Notes: a model not told the origin generated them from the sequence alone. Shown: positions 1-8,793, numbered from the stretch's first letter. The stretch: DNA of 36,976 bases from an uncultured Hyphomicrobium sp. (GCA_964443205.1 CAYUBZ010000001.1:1-36976), one strand, 5' to 3'. Numbers and translations: made by a program.

Positions 1-63
1 GCCTTCGGCGCCACGCACGTGCGCGTCGGCAGCGCGATCTTCGGGGTGCGACCACCGGTATAG
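1..63 (+). CDS. yggS: 3' end of YggS/PLPBP-family PLP-binding protein (partial)
   Basis: Frame 1 reads AFGATHVRVGSAIFGVRPPV*, matching the C-terminal GAT-x-VR-[VI]-G-[ST]-AIFG signature of YggS. Confidence 0.85.
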   Translation, partial: AFGATHVRVGSAIFGVRPPV

Positions 64-178
64 AGTTTTCCAACGCGATTTTGCAGGCGCCATCTTGGCC
101 GTGTAGCGGCAATGCTAGGCTTGAGCGCAACAGTGATTCGCGTCGATGTCCGCCTTTAGAACCCGTTGGAGGCCACAT

Positions 179-1081
179 ATGACGGCAGCCGCAGCCCGTA
201 TTGAAGCCAAGGCCGACGCCGCGGCGAGCGACGCGGCCCGCGTCGCGCGCGCAGAGGCCTACGAGGAGGCCGTCAATTCCAAGGTCGCCGGCGTCTCCAA
301 AGCGATCTCCGCCAAGGCGACGCGCGACGGCTGGTACCACTTCATCGTCGACATCTGGATCACCAACTTCAACCGCACCGAGTTCGGCATCTACAAGCGC
401 GCGCGCAACCGCGCCAAGTCGCGGCAGTTCACCTCCGACATGGACATCTTTGCCGAGGTGGTCGAAGGCGGCGAGCGCATCGGCCTCATCGGCTACCGCG
501 AGGAGCTGTGGGACAAGGTCGAGGGCATGGACAAGCGCCTCGTCTTCAAGCTGTTCAACGAGACGCTGAACTGGCGCGCGACCATGGACCTCATGATCGG
601 CCGGTCGCTGCAGCAGACCATTGCGGCGCGCGGGCTGCCGGTGATGACCTACTCGATCAACACGGACGAGGACAATTTCATCGTCTATCTGGAGCGCTCG
701 GCCAACAAGTGGCCGCTGCTGCCGGAGAACTTCGCGTTCTTCATCATGAACGATGGGACGCCGCGCTTCTACCGGCTGAAGCGCGATCTCATCGATCTGG
801 GCGGCGACTTCACGCTGTACGACCAGCACGGCGAGGCGGTCGGCCACCTCGACGGCAAGGTGTTCTCCATCGGCGGCAAGTGGAAGGGCAAGGTCAAGCG
901 CGAGCATGCCGACCGGCGGCTGTTGACCGTGCTGCAGCTCTTCAGTGCCATGCAGATCTTCAACGCCGACTGCCGCCGCCACATGCGTCGGCTGTGGAAG
1001 GACGTGCGCCGCGGCAAGATCGAGCCCAAGCTCGACCGTCAGGAAGCGGACCTCTACATGAACCCGCGCCGCATCCGCTAG
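179..1081 (+). CDS. Hypothetical protein, probably LURP-one/tubby (scramblase)-like beta-barrel
   Basis: GGAGG RBS before ATG at 179 and strong GC3 codon bias. The C-terminal part GGDFTLYDQHGEAVGHLDGKVFSIGGKW followed by hydrophobic helix LLTVLQLFSAM resembles the LURP-one C-terminus. Confidence 0.6.
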   Translation: MTAAAARIEAKADAAASDAARVARAEAYEEAVNSKVAGVSKAISAKATRDGWYHFIVDIWITNFNRTEFGIYKRARNRAKSRQFTSDMDIFAEVVEGGERIGLIGYREELWDKVEGMDKRLVFKLFNETLNWRATMDLMIGRSLQQTIAARGLPVMTYSINTDEDNFIVYLERSANKWPLLPENFAFFIMNDGTPRFYRLKRDLIDLGGDFTLYDQHGEAVGHLDGKVFSIGGKWKGKVKREHADRRLLTVLQLFSAMQIFNADCRRHMRRLWKDVRRGKIEPKLDRQEADLYMNPRRIR

Positions 1082-1292
1082 GCCGCACCGGAGCATCTGC
1101 TGAAGCTTGCATGTATTCCGCTCTCCAGCGGGATGACGTCGGCGTTTGAAGCGGCGGCCCAAGACTGCCGATCTTTTGTGCAACACCGGCCCACCACCTG
1201 TCGATGGACCCGCTGAGGCCGTTGACGGCGCTGGTGTTTTGCGGCTTTCCTCCTCTTTGCACAAAAAATAATCAAAGCTCGGGGGATGGGGG

Positions 1293-2525
1293 ATGCAACA
1301 GGGAGCCGACGTATTCTTTCTGCTGATGGGCGCGATCCTTGTGTTCGCAATGCACGGGGGGTTCGCCTTTCTGGAGACCGGCACGGTTCGCCACAAGAAC
1401 CAGGTCAACGCGCTGGTGAAGATCATCGTCGACTTCTCGGTGTCGGCGATCGCCTACTTCTTGATCGGCTATACGGTCGCCTACGGTCTCAATTTCTTTG
1501 CGAGTGCTGCCGCAATCGCCGGCGGCGCGCCGGGCTACGAGCCGCAGGGCTACACGCTGGTGCGCCTGTTCTTCCTGGCAACGTTCGCCGCTGCTGTTCC
1601 CGCCATAGTTTCTGGCGGCATTGCCGAGCGCGCCAAGTTCGGTCCTCAGGCCATGGCCACGGCGCTACTCGTCGCGTTCTGCTATCCGCTGCTCGAAGGC
1701 GTCTATTGGAACGGAAACTTCGATCTGCAGGAATTGTTCTTTGCCGGCATGCTCGGGGCCCCGTTCAAGGACTTTGCCGGCTCGGTCGTCGTGCACGCGT
1801 TCGGCGGCTGGGTGGCGCTCGGCGCCGTGCTTATGCTTGGTGCGCGGCTCGGCCGCTATGGCGGCGCCCATACCGGCGCCCAGGCTGGCGCGTCTCCGCC
1901 GTCGTCGATCCCGTGGTTGGCCTTGGGTTCGTGGCTGCTCTGCATCGGCTGGTTCGGGTTCAACGTGATGAGTGCCCAGCGGCTCGAGGCCGTGTCGGGA
2001 CTCGTCGCGCTCAACTCGCTGATGGCGATGTGCGGCGGCATCGTCGTGGCGCTGATCGTCGGGGACAACGATCCGGGCTTCGTGCACAACGGCGCGCTGG
2101 CGGGTCTCGTCGCGATATGCGCAGGCTCCGACGTGATGCACCCCATTGGCGCGCTGATCACCGGCGGTGTCGCCGGGGCGATCTTCGTCTACATGTTCCA
2201 GATCGCGACCAACAAATGGAAGATCGACGACGTGCTCGGCGTTTGGCCCCTGCACGGCTTGTGCGGGCTGTGGGGAGGCATTGCTTGCGGGATCTTCGGG
2301 CTGGAGGCGTTGGGCGGGCTCGGCGGCGTGACCTTCGCCTCGCAGCTCGTGGGCTCGATCCTGGGCTCGGGCTTTGGTTTGCTGGTCGGGCTGGTCGTCT
2401 ACGGCTTCCTCAAGGCATCGGTCGGGATAAGGTTGACGCCGGACGAGGAACGCCGGGGCGCCGATCTCTCGATCCACAACATCCGGGCCAACCCGGAAGA
2501 GGACATGCGCATGGGGCCTGTCTGA
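1293..2525 (+). CDS. amt: Ammonium transporter (Amt family), not linked to glnK
   Basis: GFAFLETG-VR-KN, DFAGSVVVH, GWFGFN, NGALAGLVAI, DDVLGVWPLH and C-terminal ERRGAD motifs; highly hydrophobic. Confidence 0.95.
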   Translation: MQQGADVFFLLMGAILVFAMHGGFAFLETGTVRHKNQVNALVKIIVDFSVSAIAYFLIGYTVAYGLNFFASAAAIAGGAPGYEPQGYTLVRLFFLATFAAAVPAIVSGGIAERAKFGPQAMATALLVAFCYPLLEGVYWNGNFDLQELFFAGMLGAPFKDFAGSVVVHAFGGWVALGAVLMLGARLGRYGGAHTGAQAGASPPSSIPWLALGSWLLCIGWFGFNVMSAQRLEAVSGLVALNSLMAMCGGIVVALIVGDNDPGFVHNGALAGLVAICAGSDVMHPIGALITGGVAGAIFVYMFQIATNKWKIDDVLGVWPLHGLCGLWGGIACGIFGLEALGGLGGVTFASQLVGSILGSGFGLLVGLVVYGFLKASVGIRLTPDEERRGADLSIHNIRANPEEDMRMGPV

Positions 2526-2543
2526 AGGCGGCAGGGGCGCGCG

Positions 2544-3869
2544 TCAGGAGGCGCGCATCGGGCCCAGAACTTTGCGTCGCTTGCGCGGCTTGGTCGCTTT
2601 GGGAGGGTCTTCGGCCCCCTCCTCCTCCAGTCCCGACAGCAGCGCGCGGGCGCGCGTCTCGATTGCGTCGCACACTTGCTCCAACAGCGGATGGCTGCCT
2701 GCCGGCATGGCCGCCACCTCAGCGGCAGCGTTGCGCGTCTCGGCCAGCACGTCTTTGGCCAGCGTCTCGACGCGCTGAACGAGGCGCGGCGCGTTGAGCC
2801 CGCAGTCGGCAGCGAAGCGTTGCCAATGCCGCTTCTTCAAGTGTTCGCCGCGGGTCTTGCCGGCGATCTTCTGCGCCATGTTGCGCGTGACGTGCTCCCA
2901 CACCGTTCCGCACATCACGTCGTAGATGGGCGCCAGCTTGAAGCCCTGGCCGGAAATCATCAAAGAGTAGTTCTTGGCGTGCGCGTCGGTGTTGCAGGCG
3001 ATGACATTAAAGATGACGTAGTCGAGCAGATTGACCACGTCGGGCGCGCGCATGGCGTTGCGCGTCACGGCGAACATCTCCGGCAACGTCGGACCTGGAA
3101 TGCCGGTCTGGTTCGACTCGTATTTTGCCGACGGCGGCTTGCCGAGCGCCTGGCAGAAGTCCTCCTGGTGCAGGCGCCGCCAGTGCCCGTTCTGCTCTAA
3201 TCTATCGTAGCGTGTGACGAGCAGGTAGGCGCGCTTGCCCGCCGTTCCCGTCGTCACGTCCGGCGCGTTGAGGCCTAAGCGACGCGCCAGCGTCATGCAC
3301 AGCGCCTCGTTCTGCACGCCGCCGAAGAGCCGCTCGGAGTCGGGCTTCAGAATGAAGGTCGACGGCGCGCCGTTGACGGGGACGCAGATCTGGCCCTTGG
3401 CGTTGATCGCGACGCCGAGCTTCGACTGCACGCCGGCGAGCGACATCGACACGCCGTCCTCGCCGACAAGGAACGGCTTCGACGGCAGCTCGTCGAGGAT
3501 GCGCGCGAGCGCCTTGGGGCTCGTCACAGGCCGCCAGTCGGCCGAGCTCGTCGAGCCGGGCTTGCCGATCGACAGCGCGCCCGCAGTGTCGCGGCCGAGC
3601 TCGGACAGGATGCCGATGACGTCCTCGGGCGCGGCGCCGAGCTTGAGCCCGATCGCTTTCAATTGACTGGCTTCGGGCAGCAGGTTGGCGGCCCACGGCA
3701 GGAAGAGTTTCGCCGGCACGCGGCGCGGCGACAGCGGCATCAGCAGCGACAGCGGGAAGGCGCCGCGCGTGCCGAGCCATTCGGGCGCGTAGACGAAGGC
3801 GGGGCCTTCGGCGTGCACCTCGATGGTGCCGACGGTGCGGCTCTCGTAATAGACGGTGAGCTCACTCAC
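2544..3869 (-). CDS. hipA: HipA-family Ser/Thr kinase toxin with fused N-terminal subdomain
   Basis: FPLSLLMPL and NLLPE in the N-domain, Gly-rich loop SLAGVQSK, ILKP, RLHQEDFCQA, catalytic NTDAHAKN and LAPIYD. GTG start overlaps the hipB stop. Confidence 0.95.
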   Translation of the reverse strand: MSELTVYYESRTVGTIEVHAEGPAFVYAPEWLGTRGAFPLSLLMPLSPRRVPAKLFLPWAANLLPEASQLKAIGLKLGAAPEDVIGILSELGRDTAGALSIGKPGSTSSADWRPVTSPKALARILDELPSKPFLVGEDGVSMSLAGVQSKLGVAINAKGQICVPVNGAPSTFILKPDSERLFGGVQNEALCMTLARRLGLNAPDVTTGTAGKRAYLLVTRYDRLEQNGHWRRLHQEDFCQALGKPPSAKYESNQTGIPGPTLPEMFAVTRNAMRAPDVVNLLDYVIFNVIACNTDAHAKNYSLMISGQGFKLAPIYDVMCGTVWEHVTRNMAQKIAGKTRGEHLKKRHWQRFAADCGLNAPRLVQRVETLAKDVLAETRNAAAEVAAMPAGSHPLLEQVCDAIETRARALLSGLEEEGAEDPPKATKPRKRRKVLGPMRAS

Positions 3870-4182
3870 GGGGGCCGTCCTCGTCGGCGAGGCCCTCGTC
3901 AGTGAGATCAGGCAGCAGCGCGTTGTCGTCGTCGCTGCCCACCTGCATCAGGTCGAAGGGGCGCAGGCCGACGGCGGCGGCGACGAGCAGCGCGCGCCCG
4001 AGCTGGCAGGAGGGCTTGCCGGCTTCCAATTCGAGGATGAAGCGGCGGCCGACGCCGGTCGCGAGCGCCAGATCGTCCTGGCGCATCTTCAAGGCCTCGC
4101 GCCGCTCGCGCACCAGCGCCCCGAAGTGCTTCGATTGCGCGCGGGCGGCCGTGTCGGTGTCTGAGGTTGGCCGGTTCGCCAT
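3862..4182 (-). CDS. hipB: HipB-like Xre/Cro HTH antitoxin
   Basis: FGALVRERREALKMRQDDLALATGVGRRFILELEAGK is an HTH_3-type motif. GGAAGG RBS before ATG at 4182; 8-nt overlap with hipA. Confidence 0.9.
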   Translation of the reverse strand: MANRPTSDTDTAARAQSKHFGALVRERREALKMRQDDLALATGVGRRFILELEAGKPSCQLGRALLVAAAVGLRPFDLMQVGSDDDNALLPDLTDEGLADEDGPRE

Positions 4183-4197
4183 GGCGGGCCTTCCGAT

Positions 4198-4363
4198 GTT
4201 CCCGATCGGGAGCTTATGCACGGATTCGCGGGCTGAGGGAAGCAAATGTTCCCGAACGGGAACGTGGGGATGGAATCCCCCAGAAACAAGGTGGAATATT
4301 CCCGATCGGGAACTTGGCTGTCCCGCTTACCATGATCGCACCAGAAAGTACCCGATCGGGAAC
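4198..4363. repeat. Array of four 16-bp palindromes (consensus GTTCCCGATCGGGAAC) at a 50-bp period; probable HipB operators
   Basis: Copies at 4198-4213, 4248-4263, 4298-4313 and 4348-4363. The 10-bp cores (CCCGATCGGG; CCCGAACGGG in copy 2) start at 4201, 4251, 4301 and 4351. Confidence 0.9.
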
Positions 4364-4519
4364 ATTCAAAGGCGACATGAACCGGCGCAAAGCCTTCATG
4401 TCCCCGGCTGCAGCCGTCCATGCCGGCCCGGCAACCGTCCATAAACGGATCTTTAACCAAAAATCTTCACCCTGCCGGAAGCGTCGATAACCCCCAGATC
4501 CGCGCGTCCGGAGAGTCGT

Positions 4520-4639
4520 ATGTTCAGAGTACTCGTTGCCTTGCTGTTGGTGTGCGCCGCCCTCGAAATGTCGGGCTGCACGGGCTCCCTCCGCCTTGGA
4601 AGCTCCACCTATACGAACGTCGCCGCTCTGACCGGCTGA
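4520..4639 (+). CDS. Candidate 39-aa small lipoprotein
   Basis: GGAG RBS; MFRVLVALLLVCAALEMSG|CTGSLRLGSSTYTNVAALTG* has a basic N-terminus, a hydrophobic core and a lipobox-like MSGC. Confidence 0.55.
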   Translation: MFRVLVALLLVCAALEMSGCTGSLRLGSSTYTNVAALTG

Positions 4640-4788
4640 GCCGCATGAGAGCGAGCGACGCGGCGACGCTGCGCAATCGTTCGTCCGCGCGCTAGACGTT
4701 GCGCCGCCGCGCCGCTATGGGGCTGGCATCTTCCCTCGGCGCATCGTGACACTCGAGACGGTCATGGGCGTCGTTTCAGAGATCGCGC

Positions 4789-6006
4789 ATGACCTCGCAC
4801 TCCGGCCTCGCGGCGCTCAGCAACGGTGCGGTGCTGTCGCCGTTCACGCAATTGCGCCGGCTGCTCGACGGCATCCCGTCCGGACATGAGAGACCGCTCG
4901 ACCTGACCGTCGGCGAGCCGCACGAGCCGATGCCGCCGTTTGTCGTGGAGAAGCTCACCGAAGCAGCGGCGGACTACGCGAGGTACCCGCCCATCCGCGG
5001 CACGGCTGAGTTGCGCGCAGCGATTTCCGACTGGACCGGCCGGCGCTATGGCGCCGCCGCCGCGCTCGATCCCGCGCGCGAGGTGCTGCCGCTCAACGGC
5101 TCGCGCGAGGGGCTCTTTCTCGCCGCGCTGCCGGCCGCCGGGCGCAAGCGTGTAGCTGGTCGGCCCGCTGTCCTCATGTGCAACCCCTACTACAGCGCCT
5201 ACATTGGCGGTGCGCTGGCGGTCGATGCCGAGCCGGTGTTTCTCAACGCGACCGCGGCGACGGGCCACCTCCCCGATCTCGAACAGATCGCCTCCGACAG
5301 CGCGCTGCTCGACCGCACGGTCGCTCTCTACCTGTGCTCACCGGCCAACCCGCAAGGCGCGGTCGCGAGCCCCGCCTACATCGCGCGTGCGCTGTCGCTG
5401 GCCCGCGCCCACGACTTCATGCTGTTCTTCGACGAGTGCTATTCGGAGATCTACTCGGGCGAGGCGCCTACCGGCGCGCTGCAAGTCGCCGCAGCGACGC
5501 CTGAGCGCTTCACCAACCTCGTCGTGTTCAACTCGCTGTCGAAGCGCTCCAACCTGCCGGGCCTGCGTTCGGGATTCTGCGCCGGCGACGCGCACTTCCT
5601 CGAGACGTTCGCGGAGATCCGCAACATGGTCGCGCCGCAGGTGCCGGGGCCGGTCCAACATGCCTCCGCTGCGGCGTGGAGCGACGAGGCGCACGTCGTT
5701 GCCAACCGCGCGGCGTACCGCGCCAAATACGACGTGTGCGACCGGGTCCTCGGCGGCCGCTACGGCTATCGCCGGCCGGCCGGCGGCTTCTTCCTTTGGC
5801 TCGATATGAGCAATTTTGGCGGCGCCAGTGACGCAACGCTAACCTTATGGAAACGCGGCGGTGTCAAGGTGCTACCCGGTGCCTTTCTGGCTCAGACCGG
5901 GCGCGACGGCACCAATCCGGGCACGCAATACGTGCGGCTCGCATTGGTGCACGACCCAGCCACCGTCAGCGAGGCGCTCGAACGTTTCGTAGTAGTTCTT
6001 GCGTAA
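4789..6006 (+). CDS. Class I/II PLP-dependent aminotransferase (DapC-like)
   Basis: LTVGEP, YPPIRG, NGSREGLF, CSPANPQG, DECYSEIY and the PLP-lysine motif SLSKRSNLPGLRSG; lies upstream of ftsK. Confidence 0.9.
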   Translation: MTSHSGLAALSNGAVLSPFTQLRRLLDGIPSGHERPLDLTVGEPHEPMPPFVVEKLTEAAADYARYPPIRGTAELRAAISDWTGRRYGAAAALDPAREVLPLNGSREGLFLAALPAAGRKRVAGRPAVLMCNPYYSAYIGGALAVDAEPVFLNATAATGHLPDLEQIASDSALLDRTVALYLCSPANPQGAVASPAYIARALSLARAHDFMLFFDECYSEIYSGEAPTGALQVAAATPERFTNLVVFNSLSKRSNLPGLRSGFCAGDAHFLETFAEIRNMVAPQVPGPVQHASAAAWSDEAHVVANRAAYRAKYDVCDRVLGGRYGYRRPAGGFFLWLDMSNFGGASDATLTLWKRGGVKVLPGAFLAQTGRDGTNPGTQYVRLALVHDPATVSEALERFVVVLA

Positions 6007-6023
6007 AGAGTCCGTTCGTACAC

Positions 6024-8636
6024 ATGCCGCTCGAGTCACATGGTGACTCCAGACGCCTGCTTTCCTCCGCCATGGAGGACAGGCTCATGGGGTGGCTGAG
6101 CCGCGCCGGAGGAGCACTCCTCCTGGCGGGCGTCGGCGCGGCGTGGGCAAGCCTTCTCACCTGGTCGCAATCTGATCCGAGCCTCACCCATGCAGCGGGA
6201 GGCGCGACCAGCAACGTGCTGGGCGCGGTCGGCGCCATCTTCGCCGACGTCATGCTGAACACGCTGGGGTTCGCGGCCGTGTTCCTGCTGCTCGCGCCCA
6301 TGTTCTGGGGCATCGAGCTGATGATCGCGGAGCGCATCTTCGCCAACCGCAAGAAGACGAGCGTGTTCCCCTTGTCCGTGCTGCTGCTGGCGGGCGGGTT
6401 CGCGGTGCTGCCGCTGACAGAGAGCTGGCCCTTCGGCCACAGCTTCGGCGGCATCGTCGGCGATTGGCTCTACAAGCTGACGGCGACGCTTTTCTCGATT
6501 GCCGGGGCCGAAGGCGCGCTGCCGCTGGCCGGGCTCGCCTACTTCCTCGCCGGCTTTGCCGCGCTGGGCTACAGCGTCGGGCTCGAGCGGGAGGATCTCA
6601 ACCGGTTGCTGGAGCGCAGCCACCGTCTTGCCCGCAGGCGCGGCTCGCTATGGCCGGGGTGGCTTTTGAACGCAGGCTGGCTGTCGGGATTCTTTCCGCC
6701 GGACGTCGCCTTCGCCGACGACCTTGAGCCCGCGACCGAGCCGCCCGTCTACCAGCGCAAGCCCGCCGGCCGCGTTGGTCGCCGCGAACCCTATCTGTCC
6801 GTGCCGCCGTCCTTCGAGCCGGGCCCGGCCGAGGCGCCGGCGTTTGACCGTGGCCCGCAGGACATGCCCGCGCGGGCTGCGCCGTTCTGGCACGAGACTG
6901 ATGACGAACTCCTGGGCCGTGACGTGGCTTTTGACGAGAGCACCGATGCGGAAAGCCGGGCGATTGCCGCGCGCTTTGCTCCGCGCTCAGCCAAGATCCG
7001 CCGTCCTGCTCCCATGCCCAAGCCGCAGGCCGTCGAGACCGCCGAGCTCGAAGAGCCCCGGCCCCGCAAGGCCGGGCGCTTTGGGGGTTTGGGCTTTGCG
7101 CGCGGCGCCTCCCCCCACCGCCCGCCGTCTCTGAATCTTTTGAAGCGGCCGGCGGCTGCGAAGTCCGGGGCCGGGTTCACGCAAGCTGTGCTGCGCGGCA
7201 CCGCGCGCCTGCTCGAGGAGGTGCTCGCCGACTTCTCGGTCAAGGGCGAGGTCCGCGAGATCAAGCCGGGCCCCGTTGTCACGCTGTTCGAGCTGGAGCC
7301 CGCGCGCGGAACGAAGTCGTCCCGCGTCGTGGCGCTGGCCGAGGACATCGCGCGCTCCATGAGCGTCACCTCGGCGCGTGCCGCCATCGTGCCGGGCCGC
7401 AACGTCATCGGCATCGAGCTGCCCAACGTGCGCCGCGAGACCGTCTACCTGCGCGACATTCTCGAAGCGGAGATCTTTCGCTCAGCCGATACCTCTTTGC
7501 CGCTGGCGCTCGGCAAGTCGATTGGCGGCGAGCCGATCGTCGTGGATCTGGCGCGCATGCCGCACCTGCTCGTCGCCGGCACCACCGGCTCGGGCAAGTC
7601 CGTCGGCATCAATGCCATGGTCCTTTCGCTTCTCTACCGGCGCTCGCCGGAGGACTGCCGCCTGCTCATGATCGATCCGAAGATGCTGGAGCTGTCGGTC
7701 TACAACGGCATCCCGCATCTTTTGACGCCGGTCGTCACCGATCCGCACAAGGCGGTGGCGGCGCTCAACTGGGCCGTCGGTGAGATGGAGGAGCGCTACA
7801 AGCGCATGGCGAGCTTGAGCGTGCGCAACATCGAGGCCTTCAACGCGCGCGTGCGCAAGGCGCAGGGCCGCGGCGAGATCATCAAGCGCACCGTGCAAAC
7901 CGGCTTCGACAGCGAGACCGGGCAGGCCATCTACGAAGAGCAGCAGATGCAGGCCGAGACGATGCCCTACATCGTCGTCGTGGTCGATGAGTTCGCCGAT
8001 CTGATGATCGTGGCCGGCAAGGAGATCGAGGCGGCCGTGCAGCGGCTGGCACAGATGGCGCGCGCGGCCGGCATCCACCTCATCATGGCGACGCAGCGCC
8101 CCTCCGTCGACATCGTGACGGGGACCATCAAGGCGAACTTCCCCGCGCGCATTAGCTTCAAGGTCGCCTCCAAGATCGACGCCCGCACGATTCTGAACGA
8201 GCAGGGCGCCGAGCAGCTGCTGGGCCAGGGCGACATGCTCTACTCGCTGGGCACGGGACCGGCGGCGCGCGCCCACGGTGCCTTCGTCTCCGACGACGAG
8301 GTCGAGCGCGTTGCCGAGGCTTTGCGCCGCCAGGGACCGCCGAGCTACGTCGACGGCATCACCGACACGCCGCCGCGCAGCGACGCGACGGGAGCGGAGC
8401 CGCGCGCGGCCAGCGAGGATGATCTCTACGACATGGCGGTGGCAATCGTGCTGCGCGACCGCAAGGCCTCCACGAGCTACCTGCAGCGGCGGCTCTCGAT
8501 CGGCTACAACCGCGCAGCCGACCTCGTGGAGCGGATGGAGCGGGAAGGCTTGATTGGACCAGCCAACAACGTCGGCAGGCGCGAGATCCTGATCACTGGC
8601 AGAGACGCAAGCCCGCCGCGCACGCGGCCCCAGTGA
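6024..8636 (+). CDS. ftsK: DNA translocase FtsK
   Basis: N-terminal TM segments, Pro-rich linker, PHLLVAGTTGSGKS Walker A, VVVVDEFADL Walker B, ATQRPS and gamma domain STSYLQRRLSIGYNRAA. Start set to the first ATG after the aminotransferase stop (6072 is possible). Confidence 0.97.
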   Translation: MPLESHGDSRRLLSSAMEDRLMGWLSRAGGALLLAGVGAAWASLLTWSQSDPSLTHAAGGATSNVLGAVGAIFADVMLNTLGFAAVFLLLAPMFWGIELMIAERIFANRKKTSVFPLSVLLLAGGFAVLPLTESWPFGHSFGGIVGDWLYKLTATLFSIAGAEGALPLAGLAYFLAGFAALGYSVGLEREDLNRLLERSHRLARRRGSLWPGWLLNAGWLSGFFPPDVAFADDLEPATEPPVYQRKPAGRVGRREPYLSVPPSFEPGPAEAPAFDRGPQDMPARAAPFWHETDDELLGRDVAFDESTDAESRAIAARFAPRSAKIRRPAPMPKPQAVETAELEEPRPRKAGRFGGLGFARGASPHRPPSLNLLKRPAAAKSGAGFTQAVLRGTARLLEEVLADFSVKGEVREIKPGPVVTLFELEPARGTKSSRVVALAEDIARSMSVTSARAAIVPGRNVIGIELPNVRRETVYLRDILEAEIFRSADTSLPLALGKSIGGEPIVVDLARMPHLLVAGTTGSGKSVGINAMVLSLLYRRSPEDCRLLMIDPKMLELSVYNGIPHLLTPVVTDPHKAVAALNWAVGEMEERYKRMASLSVRNIEAFNARVRKAQGRGEIIKRTVQTGFDSETGQAIYEEQQMQAETMPYIVVVVDEFADLMIVAGKEIEAAVQRLAQMARAAGIHLIMATQRPSVDIVTGTIKANFPARISFKVASKIDARTILNEQGAEQLLGQGDMLYSLGTGPAARAHGAFVSDDEVERVAEALRRQGPPSYVDGITDTPPRSDATGAEPRAASEDDLYDMAVAIVLRDRKASTSYLQRRLSIGYNRAADLVERMEREGLIGPANNVGRREILITGRDASPPRTRPQ

Positions 8637-8793
8637 GCCTGGCGCAGGGCTTGGCGCTGGCATACGCTCGCAACCGCCCAGATGTGGACGCAATGTTGGG
8701 GAAAGACGAGGCTGCGGGCGTTCTCCCAAAAAAGCGGGAGTTCTTGTCAGCGAAACCACCAGGGAAACGATTGGCAAAGGCTCGGGGGGCCTG

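Noticed and set aside
2565-2590. PRKRRKV in the HipA tail resembling the SV40 nuclear localisation signal
   Set aside because: Basic tails are common and there is no secretion signal or host context; probably chance.
1286-2797. 503-aa Arg-rich ORF overlapping amt
   Set aside because: Alternative-frame artefact.
4198-4363. Calling the repeat array a true CRISPR array
   Set aside because: The repeats are only 16 bp and loop-less palindromes, there is no cas gene in the window, and the position matches TA operators. It is kept as a repeat, with the RNA-array idea as a minor alternative.
3902-4490. Short ORFs with recurring FPIGN/PDRE peptides
   Set aside because: These peptides are just translations of the DNA palindromes in different frames.
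5847-6023. N-terminal extension of FtsK given in the ORF track
   Set aside because: It overlaps the aminotransferase by 160 bp and has shadow-like composition; the start was moved to 6024.
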